Shown here: positions 57,301 through 64,000 of the stretch, in pieces
Layout of the letters: each line of letters opens with the position of its first letter
Numbering within the stretch: the first letter of the stretch is position 1
Origin: a virus
Virus record (IMG/VR): IMGVR_UViG_3300043395_001970
Location: 1-64,000 of that record
DNA length: 64,000 nucleotides
Reading direction: 5' to 3' (one strand)
Made by a program: the position numbers and the translations under genes
Notes under the pieces: generated by a model
Told to the model about the DNA's origin: nothing
The model's database searches: none
Seen by the model: only the letters and a program-made list of their open reading frames with translations

Positions 57301-59779
57301 TTCCATTTAATGTAATCACACCATTATCAGTATTTCCAGTTAATGCTAATAGGCCCGATGTACCACCACTACCGCTTGTGCCAGACGTTCCACCACTTCC
57401 GCTTGTGCCAGACGTACCACCACTTCCGCTTGTGCCAGACGTACCACCAGAACCACTAGAACCACCACTGCCAGAAGTACCTCTGGTGCCAGATGAACCA
57501 GCAGAACCAGATGAGCCTGATGTGCCACCACTACCTGCGCTTCCAGATGAACCACCACTACCTGATGTACCGCTTGAACCACCGCTACCAGATGTGCCTG
57601 TTGTTCCTGATGTGCCACCACTACCTGCGCTTCCAGATGAACCACCACTTCCCGCAGAACCAGATGTTCCTGATGTACCACCACTACCTGCGCTACCAGA
57701 TGAACCTCCACTACCAGATGTACCTGTTGTGCCAGATGTACCGCCAGAACCAGAAGTTCCACCATCACCTGTTCTTACAAAATCAATAACTAATTGTGCG
57801 TTATTTGAAGGAAGTGTACCACTTACATAAGAAACAGGAATTTTAAAATAGCCTGATGCATTTGTTACTGCACCATTAACTAAAAATATGTTATTAACAG
57901 TACCATTATCTCTTGAAGATAATACTACATACCCCCTTGCTGAAGATGTTGTACTATCATCCCATGTATTATACCATGCTAATTGATTATTACCATTTTG
58001 GTCTAAAATATCAATGTATATGAATGTTACCGAACCAATCGTAGCATTGTTATAAGCAACTTTACCATTACCAGGATCGGCATCAGTTGTTGATGTATTA
58101 AAATCAAATTTTATACCACCACTCTGTCCGCTTGTACCACCACTACCAGCAGTTCCAGCTGAGCCAGAAGTTCCAGATGTGCCTGCGGATCCTGATGTAC
58201 CAGTTGTTCCTGATGAGCCAGCTGAACCAGTTGTACCAGCTGAACCGGTTGAGCCGCTTGTACCACTTGTGCCAGATGTACCTCCTGTACCAGCAGATGC
58301 TGAAGTTCCAGAAGAACCTGATGTTCCTGATGAGCCTCCGCTTCCGCTTGTACCACTTGAGCCGCTTGTACCACTTGTGCCAGATGTACCAGCTGTACCG
58401 CCCGTTCCACCAGCTCCACTTAATCCTGATGAACCTCCGGACCCGCTAGTACCACTACTTCCCGATGAGCCGCTTGTGCCAGATGTACCACCACTTCCAG
58501 ATGTACCAGCCGAGCCACCAGCCCCACTAATACCTCCACTACCCGATGTACCACTTGAGCCACCACTACCAGGACTACCAGCTGTTCCTGAAGAACCATT
58601 CGAGCCAGAAGTTCCTGATGTACCACTTATACCGCTTGAGCCAGTAGTTCCTGACGAACCTGTTGTGCCAGAAGTTCCCGATGAGCCAGTTGTACCAGCC
58701 GAACCCGTAGTACCAGCTGAACCAGTAGTTCCTGATGAGCCTCCACTACCTGACGTACCGCTTGAACCGCTTGTGCCAGATGTTCCACCACTACCCGAAG
58801 AGCCATTTGTACCACTTGTGCCAGATGTTCCACCACTTCCGCTTGAACCACTTGAGCCTCCACTACCTGACGTACCGCTTGAACCGCTTGAGCCAGAAGT
58901 TCCCGATGTGCCCCCACTACCCGAAGTACCTGCTGAGCCAGTTGAACCAGACGTACCACTACTACCGCTTGAGCCGCTTGTGCCAGAAGTTCCTGATGTA
59001 CCTCCTGAACCGCTTGTGCCAGACGTACCACCACTACCGCTAGAGCCGCTTGAACCCCCACTACCAGAACTACCAGATGAGCCACCACTTCCAGATGTTC
59101 CCGAAGTACCAGATGTTCCCGAAGTTGCTGCCGCAAATCTTCTACCTACTCTACCTGTTGTTAAGTTTACAACCAAAACTTCGTTTGTTGTATTATCAGT
59201 AGGTATAGTATCGCCAGTAACTCCTATTGAACCACTTACTGAAAGTGAACCTGTAATTTCTTGTCTATCAGTTACAGAATCACCAAATTTATTAGAACCT
59301 GTTGCATATATTACAGACGATGATATAAATGTTGTATGTAATTCGGTAGATGTAATTTTACCAGCTACAGTAATATCACCTTTAAAAATTCCACTTCCTG
59401 TAACAACTAAAAAATTATCAATTGTAACACCAGTGTTTACAATTAATCCTTTATTTGGGGATACATTTGCTATTGCAGAACCAGACTTAATCTGATTTAA
59501 ATCTCCGATTGATGATGCATTAATATTTGTTAATCCACTACCATCTCCAATAAATAATGATGATGATACTGAGCCACTTACTCTTACGTTTGCATTTATT
59601 TGAATAGAATTTGTTGGAGAACCAATCAAAGATGTTTGGATACCAGAAGCAGTAAAATTACCAACTACTTTTACCGATGCGGATGAAAAGTCAGCTATTC
59701 TACTTCCACTTACATATAACGCAATTAAGCTTGAGCTTAATTGATTTAAACCATTAGGGTTACCACCTAAATACTCCAT
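51389..59779 (-). CDS. Long tail fibre with Gly-X-X tracts, repeated modules and a C-terminal peptidase S74 intramolecular chaperone
   Basis: 2796 aa; SDRRLKDN...GFIAQEVE...coiled coil at the C-terminus; repeated YD.N...YY.DP modules. Confidence 0.9.
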   Translation of the reverse strand: MEYLGGNPNGLNQLSSSLIALYVSGSRIADFSSASVKVVGNFTASGIQTSLIGSPTNSIQINANVRVSGSVSSSLFIGDGSGLTNINASSIGDLNQIKSGSAIANVSPNKGLIVNTGVTIDNFLVVTGSGIFKGDITVAGKITSTELHTTFISSSVIYATGSNKFGDSVTDRQEITGSLSVSGSIGVTGDTIPTDNTTNEVLVVNLTTGRVGRRFAAATSGTSGTSGTSGSGGSSGSSGSGGSSGSSGSGGTSGTSGSGGTSGTSGTSGSSGSSGTSGSTGSAGTSGSGGTSGTSGSSGSSGTSGSGGSSGSSGSGGTSGTSGTNGSSGSGGTSGTSGSSGTSGSGGSSGTTGSAGTTGSAGTTGSSGTSGTTGSSGTTGSSGISGTSGTSGSNGSSGTAGSPGSGGSSGTSGSGGISGAGGSAGTSGSGGTSGTSGSSGSSGTSGSGGSSGLSGAGGTGGTAGTSGTSGTSGSSGTSGSGGSSGTSGSSGTSASAGTGGTSGTSGTSGSTGSAGTTGSAGSSGTTGTSGSAGTSGTSGSAGTAGSGGTSGQSGGIKFDFNTSTTDADPGNGKVAYNNATIGSVTFIYIDILDQNGNNQLAWYNTWDDSTTSSARGYVVLSSRDNGTVNNIFLVNGAVTNASGYFKIPVSYVSGTLPSNNAQLVIDFVRTGDGGTSGSGGTSGTTGTSGSGGSSGSAGSGGTSGTSGSAGSGGSSGSAGSGGTSGTTGTSGSGGSSGTSGSGGSSGSAGSGGTSGSSGSAGSSGTRGTSGSGGSSGSGGTSGTSGSGGTSGTSGSGGTSGTSGSGGTSGLLALTGNTDNGVITLNGTAPNGTVEQNLTFDGTLLTVTGNATITGNLTVSGTTTTINTETILLADNIITLNSNFTSGAPSENAGIEVRRGSSANVSFYWDESTDRWYADNTLQVNGNVILSGTIDTGQGATEVYLMDQNLRTTDTVIYANVRAANFYDANGTYNVNLGSGGSEGRGMVAGYSGGWYGGIGYNVRHTATSGQLIAPLTDTATYLNFNQGFTFYNDQTTTAGRTIGWTQIGRLDSAGTFTIPGNLVSAQVNTGQGLTEVHLMNQNIRTSDSVTFAGLVINGLADFNNTGAPFMRWDNTSASNYLLLGMYDDQGSQRAWFGLGGRTQSFGSYAAYATDGLSLNLDGAGAMNISNRGSSKRINLNTGTEGNSNFTTLRMLNQDVYVTPDSQNGAFYTPILYDVASTSYFLDPNAGGSLYNRSSRLYGSHTFSDNYTEFKGVVSTPDNWPACNENARIYTIGTINSYGGYDSSIVIEVIGSHRGYTQTSYVEYKKWIVYIGDRISSNLILSAGSNNNVGLWNGSNANGLLGINGDHVSTGWVLRLIVNPNCGAGLSYNVKISYSNLNMTHGPFTYSNHSSYSVTIPRAAFHLDNTTANITGNITGTAGSETLATVTSRGNVATGDIYIPGGNYFRARYDGSNNYHGSLSWYGLQLGNNGGNYIVAGRTNTGGSLYIYTNNTSDFTSINGGLAAFFSSDQRMGIATTDFSYTATDNASVISTITNNRVFINGSLQLLGNQDAIVFGRGAASFMRDEEIGFGWGGGWYMVDGTYLRVRGSKVLYNDNYIRSDNSFRLNSERSIWANYGSWSSYMTRLAYVSFDWNASYDSYQFHGIASTDLNGTFTDSISINSFNDIILRVDANDNNNNSYVRFMDNTAGNNQFAYIGRESGDPILYFGGRVYGTIYYDANDSGYYIDPNSTSMTALRMRGGALFGPNNTWGAYLLVGGDGRNGYIDSAFASVATTNGNLHLDAGSGYGLYLNYYDGNVIYFGGGSNNAWGEFSSGIFYAYNQMRSPIFYDYNNTAYYVDPTSLSNIVALQSGYFYVNGTAYDTSNADQWPYIYWLRAGTWDEGLIKHSTSRGYWGREGFGIHMSSSKSFSILTSGWTGVAQFHPDGHLWVRDQMRAGIYYDANDTTYYVNPNGDSRFSGIYLSGISTTSNGLYFYGVVGDNPGSYNHTALIERIWRNGDESELLIFKGNDPDTSTIHDRIRIAATGRIVFDSTGTYGNVNDYISAAGTGNIEGDGYFYGPEFHVPGQIYTPILYDRNNSAFFVDPNGRSRLSTIDYGNSGFYFGAGDWGWRHYTPSGWIQFGPANTGHAHIYTDRSNFYFNVNEMYANGYRLAMYNFWVGNMYLGSGGDFYATIFYDTNNSGYYCDPASTNRLNFVNANNIYINPGYMLYSDPGGWTGEYYKIQWHSSHLYLQAYANGYHIMRYGSDGLESHQFARDGNYWNRYMGWMSNYINQNVRTDASPTFNDIYSNAWFRNNNSGQGLYNNNRGMHWYSNNGYWKAAGGGYGYGGIVFYNNYESDLRGYAGYWDGSGFGMLNNSGNWQIRIEYGNAHMELYRITYMNDARAYIYYDRDDTGYYMNPNSRSQWLGLENRGKGNISLTGRSNWRRPQDYTGDVYYWTGNMGWGTTDFNWVMDWGSGDIDTWSNPANQPPGTSHWVGVQSYHYTWSYNAGYGWQLVGGPVDRLWFRNSWPNNSGWKAMVDSNNRGEYCIPTYDYNHYSRVYFTYNRGYYATQTDSAMLQPYSTGNNGAFMSFHKGGYYALNLGLDGDNVVRWGGWSSRWQRYYLNDDTIGTPYVVRANFDNYGGGGMWVSDDGDLADVNDGYLSLRASYGLRIFSGNRGGGANINLRYDGVIIASNNIIAYGSPSDRRLKDNVKFYENALDKVLKLRGVEFDWKEGTDEYETTNLRHDIGFIAQEVEDVEPLLVRPDDAGYLAIRDRAMPALLVNAMKEQQTQIEELKAKIKILEEKLGLNK
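57350..59125. repeat. Degenerate 9-bp-period coding repeat (Gly-X-X; SGTSGSSG) in two tracts
   Basis: Repeated units such as gccagatgtacc / ccactacc at about 57350-57770 and 58115-59125. Confidence 0.9.
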
Positions 59780-59791
59780 TCATTACAACTT

Positions 59792-60124
59792 TTAAGTTAT
59801 CTCCAATACTGAAACAATTACATCCGCAGAACTAGCTAATGATGATGTTACTGAAAGAAAATCTCCAGCTTCCAAAACTAATTTTTGTTCACCACCAACT
59901 AATACATTAGAACTACCGGGTAAAATTAAAGAATCTTTTACAACATATACAGTTTTATTTGCTGAATTATCTCTAACCATTACACTAACTGAAATATTTT
60001 GTGAATTTACATTTGCCACACCAACACCAATTACAGTTGTTGATGTATTAGCAGGAGTTTCATAAACTTTAGCTCCTATTGTTCCAATTGAACCCGTTAT
60101 ACTATTTTTAAATGCGTTTGCCAT
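59792..60124 (-). CDS. Small structural protein (fibre cluster)
   Basis: MANAFKN..., L..GEQKLVLE.GD, S.LEIT; predicted all-beta. Confidence 0.7.
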   Translation of the reverse strand: MANAFKNSITGSIGTIGAKVYETPANTSTTVIGVGVANVNSQNISVSVMVRDNSANKTVYVVKDSLILPGSSNVLVGGEQKLVLEAGDFLSVTSSLASSADVIVSVLEIT

Positions 60125-60135
60125 TTTATTTTATT

Positions 60136-60417
60136 TTATCCTAATGCTATTGCAAATGCAATTGCAGAATCTAAAACATTCACCCCATCTACTAAATATC
60201 CACCAGCCGTTAAATTCATTGAACCTGTCAATTTTATTGACCCACTTACAGATAAACTATTATTTACTTGTAAATTATCAAAAGATGCTTGTTGTACATC
60301 AATTGTACCTTTAAATGAACCAGTAACTGAACCAGTAAAAGAACCACTCAAATTCGCATATGCGTTATTTTTATCTTGAATGATTGAACCTGAAAATATG
60401 GGGTTGTGAATTACCAT
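60136..60417 (-). CDS. Small structural protein
   Basis: SGS/TGS repeats and a C-terminal AIAFAIALG. Confidence 0.7.
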   Translation of the reverse strand: MVIHNPIFSGSIIQDKNNAYANLSGSFTGSVTGSFKGTIDVQQASFDNLQVNNSLSVSGSIKLTGSMNLTAGGYLVDGVNVLDSAIAFAIALG

Positions 60418-60458
60418 TATTTATTAAATCTTTATGTATAAATATAGTACAACCTTAA

Positions 60459-60902
60459 TTAAGGTTTTACAGGCCAAACTATACTAAACGGATTGCTTTG
60501 TGTTGTAACATCTCTTAATTCTTGTCTATATGATTGCCAAGCCGTTTTAATTTCGGTTGCAATATCATTTAATTGTGTCCAATCGCATTCTTGAAGTAAT
60601 TCATTTCTAATTTGTCTAATTTCTTCCCACTTAATTTGTATTCTTGAATTTATTTCAGATTCACTTGCATTTGTTTGTTCCCAGTTTTGATAATAAACAC
60701 CCTCTACTAATATTGGTGTTCCTTCCGATATATTTTTTGTGTAATCATTTGGTTTTGGTGTCTGTCTTACTTCATATATATTAAATTCATTCATCACCAA
60801 TTCAGTCATTTCCGATGGAAAGCTTGCTCTTGGATTATCTTCTTTTAATTTTTCTAAAGAGTAAGGATATGTTGTTTCATTATTTACTATTCTTAAATAC
60901 AT
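60459..60902 (-). CDS. Tail fibre assembly chaperone
   Basis: W..IR..RN.LL..CDWTQL.D...W..YRQ.LRD......WP.KP. Confidence 0.88.
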   Translation of the reverse strand: MYLRIVNNETTYPYSLEKLKEDNPRASFPSEMTELVMNEFNIYEVRQTPKPNDYTKNISEGTPILVEGVYYQNWEQTNASESEINSRIQIKWEEIRQIRNELLQECDWTQLNDIATEIKTAWQSYRQELRDVTTQSNPFSIVWPVKP

Positions 60903-60904
60903 AA

Positions 60905-61807
60905 TTACTTAAAGTTTAATGGTATTGATGCAAAGTTGGATAACCCCGTACAATTGTTAAAACAATCAGTTCCAGATGGTGTAGGTACTCTATTCCATAA
61001 TTGGGGAGCTGTACCACTTAATGCATTTGATGTACTACTCATATTATAACAGTTATTAAAAATTGTTACGGATGTATTAAAAGTAAATTGTAATACATTT
61101 GTTAATACTAAGCAATTTCTAAATGTACCAGAAAAGTTAGTTACTATTGTATTAAGGTCAAATAAAGTTGAAGGAACTGATGTTAATGCCGTACAACCAA
61201 AAAAACAGGATGCAAAAGTTGTTGCTCCAGTATTATTATTAAATAAACCAGATGGTGCTGTTGATATCGTTGGTATTGATGAAAATGTATCAGTAAATGT
61301 TGTTGCGTATAATGAATATGAAAATATATCCGAAGGTATTGAAGTTATACGAGTACCTCTCATAAAACTTGCATAACTACGAACTTCATTCAACCCACCA
61401 TATCCACCAACTGCGCTAAGTGATGCGCTAGATGGTATAGAAGTTAGATTTACACATCCATAAAAATTTAATGCTCTTAATCCAACCTGTCCAAATTGAA
61501 CAATTCCGGTTACTAAATTTCTAATTGATGATAAGTTATTAACTGTAAAGCCGGGCATAAACCCTGAAATTGTTATTGTATATGTTCCTGGTGAAACATA
61601 TGTATGAATTCTATTAATAGAACTTGATGATGTTATTAATCCAGAATTTCCCGTACTATCTCCCCAATCAATTACAACTTGCGGAGTTAATCCACCAAAA
61701 TCTGATAATGGAGTAGTCCATACAGTATTTGCTGATGTTGTTGTTATTTGAATTTTAAATGGAAATTGTTCTTCTCCACTTGGTATTAGTTTTCTTGCTA
61801 TACTCAT
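60905..61807 (-). CDS. PKD-like plus BspA-type leucine-rich-repeat protein
   Basis: IDWGD..H.Y..PG.YTITI.G followed by F.GC..LTS.PS.LF repeats. Confidence 0.75.
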   Translation of the reverse strand: MSIARKLIPSGEEQFPFKIQITTTSANTVWTTPLSDFGGLTPQVVIDWGDSTGNSGLITSSSSINRIHTYVSPGTYTITISGFMPGFTVNNLSSIRNLVTGIVQFGQVGLRALNFYGCVNLTSIPSSASLSAVGGYGGLNEVRSYASFMRGTRITSIPSDIFSYSLYATTFTDTFSSIPTISTAPSGLFNNNTGATTFASCFFGCTALTSVPSTLFDLNTIVTNFSGTFRNCLVLTNVLQFTFNTSVTIFNNCYNMSSTSNALSGTAPQLWNRVPTPSGTDCFNNCTGLSNFASIPLNFK

Positions 61808-61818
61808 AACTCTAATTA

Positions 61819-64000
61819 TTAACTAAGATTTTTTCCTACTACAAATCCATAATATGTTGTACCACCATTGAATGTAAAGAATGTTAATACATCAGTTCCA
61901 GTAGATGTTAATACAGGTGCTACTCCACCAACCCAATCAACGGAAACAGGCCATGTGATAACATATGCTCCAGCATTTATTGTTGTAATTGTAAATCCAA
62001 ATGCGTTAGAAGCAGGAGGGTTACTGAAAGTTATTGTTGCAGAACCATTAAATTGTCTTCTAAAATTGTTTGCTGTTGATAAATCAAATGTTGCACTTCC
62101 CCCTGTACCTAAATCTGAATATGTTTCTCTAAATGTTGTTGCAGATACAAATGTACTTGCTGCTACCGATGTTGTTACTATCACATTACCAGTAACACTC
62201 AATGTATTTCCATCAAAAGTTAAATTATTTTCAGCTCTTACATTTGGAGATGAACCTTCTAATGTTAATACACCATTATCTAAAGTACCACTTATTGATG
62301 CAAATGCAGAAGTACCATTACTACCACTTATACCAGAACTACCTGTGGTTCCCGATGTAACCCCCAATGCTGACGTTCCAGATGTACCGCTTACACCACC
62401 ACTACCAGAAGTTCCTGATGTTATGCCAGGTGTTGATGTACCTGATGAACCAGATGTGCCGCTGAATCCATCCGTACCAGATGTACCAGATGAGAATCCA
62501 GGTGCTGATGTTCCAGAAGTACCTGACGTACCAGCATCACCCTGCGTACCTTGTGCTCCGGAAGTTCCAGACGAGCCATTAGTTCCAAAGAATGTACCAT
62601 TTAATCCCGAAGAACCAGAAGAACCCGTTGTGCCAGAAGTTCCACTTGAACCTGCTGTTCCTGTTGAGCCAGATGTTCCTGATGAGCCATCGGTTCCTGT
62701 TGTGCCAGAAGTTCCATTAGTTCCAAAGAATGTACCATTTAAACCAGAGCTTCCAGAAGTGCCGCTTGTACCATCAGTACCACTTAATCCTGAAGAGCCG
62801 CTTGTACCATCCGTTCCGCTAGTGCCAGAAGTTCCATTAGTTCCAAAGAATGTACCATTCAGTCCCGAAGAGCCGCTTGTACCAGTTGTACCCGATGTTC
62901 CATTTTGGCCATCAAGTCCGGATGTACCTGCCGTACCATTAGTTCCAGATGAGCCGCTTGTACCACTACTTCCAAAGAATGTACCATTTAATCCTGAAGA
63001 ACCAGATGAACCGCTACTTCCTCCCGTACCATCAGTACCATCTACACCACTTGTGCCATTTTGTCCGCTTGAACCAGATGAACCGGAACTTCCTGATGAG
63101 CCGAAGAATGTACCATTTAATCCCGAAGACCCAGACGAACCAGAAGAACCAGATGAACCTGATGTTCCATCTACACCACTTGTGCCACCCGTACCAGAAC
63201 TGCCTGAACTTCCAGATGAACCAAAATAAGTTCCATCCAAACCAGATGTTCCACCACTTCCGCTTGTGCCATCAGTACCGGATACTCCACTTGAGCCGCT
63301 TGTACCATCTGAACCAGAGCTTCCGCTTGAGCCAGACGAACCACTACTTCCAAAGAATGTACCATTTAAACCTGATGTACCTCCACTACCAGATGTACCA
63401 TCCGTGCCAGAGCTACCAGAGCTTCCTGCGCTACCTGTTGAGCCAGACGAACCACTACTTCCAGAAGAACCACTACTTCCAAAGAATGTACCGTTTAATC
63501 CCGAAGAACCAGAACTACCTGATGATCCTGATGAGCCAGATGTTCCACCACTTCCACTACTACCATCTGTGCCACTACTACCATTTGTGCCGCTACTTCC
63601 GCTTGTGCCGCTTGTACCTTCTGAACCTGTTGTACCAGAAGAACCCGTAGTACCACTTGTGCCATTTGTGCCGCTTGATCCTGAAGAACCACTACTACCG
63701 CTTGAGCCATCTATTCCGCTTGAGCCAGCCGTTCCACTACTACCACTTGAGCCAGTTGTACCAGATGTGCCATCAGTTCCCGTAGACCCAGATGAACCAC
63801 TACTACCATCAGTGCCGCTTGTACCATCCACTCCGCTTGTGCCAGATGAACCTGAAGTTCCTGTTGTACCGCTTGTGCCACTTGAGCCTGCTGAACCAGT
63901 TGAGCCAGCTGAACCACTACTTCCATCAGTACCGCTTGAGCCAGAACTTCCTGATGTGCCAGAACTTCCTGACGTGCCGGTTGTACCGCTTGAGCCACTT
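61819..64000 (-). CDS. G/S/T-rich fibre-like protein (5' end lies beyond the right edge)
   Basis: The Gly-X-X frame continues to the window end; C-terminal beta domain ITWP.SV.W.GG.AP.L...DVL.F.T..GG..YYG. Confidence 0.8.
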   Translation of the reverse strand, partial: SGSSGTTGTSGSSGTSGSSGSSGTDGSSGSAGSTGSAGSSGTSGTTGTSGSSGTSGVDGTSGTDGSSGSSGSTGTDGTSGTTGSSGSSGTAGSSGIDGSSGSSGSSGSSGTNGTSGTTGSSGTTGSEGTSGTSGSSGTNGSSGTDGSSGSGGTSGSSGSSGSSGSSGLNGTFFGSSGSSGSSGSSGSTGSAGSSGSSGTDGTSGSGGTSGLNGTFFGSSGSSGSSGSSGSDGTSGSSGVSGTDGTSGSGGTSGLDGTYFGSSGSSGSSGTGGTSGVDGTSGSSGSSGSSGSSGLNGTFFGSSGSSGSSGSSGQNGTSGVDGTDGTGGSSGSSGSSGLNGTFFGSSGTSGSSGTNGTAGTSGLDGQNGTSGTTGTSGSSGLNGTFFGTNGTSGTSGTDGTSGSSGLSGTDGTSGTSGSSGLNGTFFGTNGTSGTTGTDGSSGTSGSTGTAGSSGTSGTTGSSGSSGLNGTFFGTNGSSGTSGAQGTQGDAGTSGTSGTSAPGFSSGTSGTDGFSGTSGSSGTSTPGITSGTSGSGGVSGTSGTSALGVTSGTTGSSGISGSNGTSAFASISGTLDNGVLTLEGSSPNVRAENNLTFDGNTLSVTGNVIVTTSVAASTFVSATTFRETYSDLGTGGSATFDLSTANNFRRQFNGSATITFSNPPASNAFGFTITTINAGAYVITWPVSVDWVGGVAPVLTSTGTDVLTFFTFNGGTTYYGFVVGKNLS
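62320..64000. repeat. Gly-X-X coding repeat punctuated by eight GL(N/D)GT(F/Y)FG units
   Basis: Copies of ttccaaagaatgtacc (or variants) start at 62583, 62721, 62841, 62970, 63099, 63219, 63348 and 63477. Confidence 0.9.

Noticed and set aside
62583-63500. Regularly spaced ~20-nt direct repeats resembling a CRISPR array
   Set aside because: The spacers are 100+ nt, low-complexity and in frame; the repeats vary mostly at synonymous positions and encode LNGTFFG.
57183-63650. Long plus-strand Pro/Val/Glu/Asp-rich ORFs (57183-57830, 58179-59495, 61868-63229, 62949-63650) and alternative-frame minus-strand ORFs
   Set aside because: They are antisense or frame shadows of the Gly-X-X repeats, which contain no stop codons in those frames.
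1-64000. Stop-codon reassignment as seen in some large Bacteroidota phages
   Set aside because: Conserved genes are full length under the standard code and coding density is high.

Overview
This window is part of a large, AT-rich, T4-like contractile-tailed (myovirus) phage genome. Essentially all real genes are on the minus strand and use the standard genetic code. In the direction of transcription (right to left) it holds: (1) tail-fibre and accessory proteins with long Gly-X-X (G/S/T) tracts; (2) sheath, tube, chaperones, tape measure and baseplate; (3) a complete phage tmRNA, a minimal family-A DNA polymerase and a signal-peptide NucA-type nuclease; (4) a 1993-aa multidomain protein with two ParB/Srx domains, and a GH19 endolysin; (5) a T4-like replication/recombination block (SSB, UvsX/RecA, 5'-3' exonuclease, helicase, class II RNR, thioredoxin, PolB, clamp, clamp loader, dUTPase, Cas4-like nuclease); (6) inside that block, a probable DNA-modification cassette of two Mom-like paralogues, a GT-B glycosyltransferase and a DUF262/GmrSD-like protein, plus an orphan DruA/DUF4338-like gene; (7) two more GT4 glycosyltransferases, another G/S/T-rich structural protein and an S8 protease. 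Nine promoters match the Bacteroidota consensus (TTTG-N20-TAnnTTTG/A) with an invariant 20-nt spacer, which points to a Bacteroidota host. A second motif (TATTTATA on the coding strand) precedes structural genes and is a candidate late promoter. All family assignments come from motif recognition by eye; no database searches were run.
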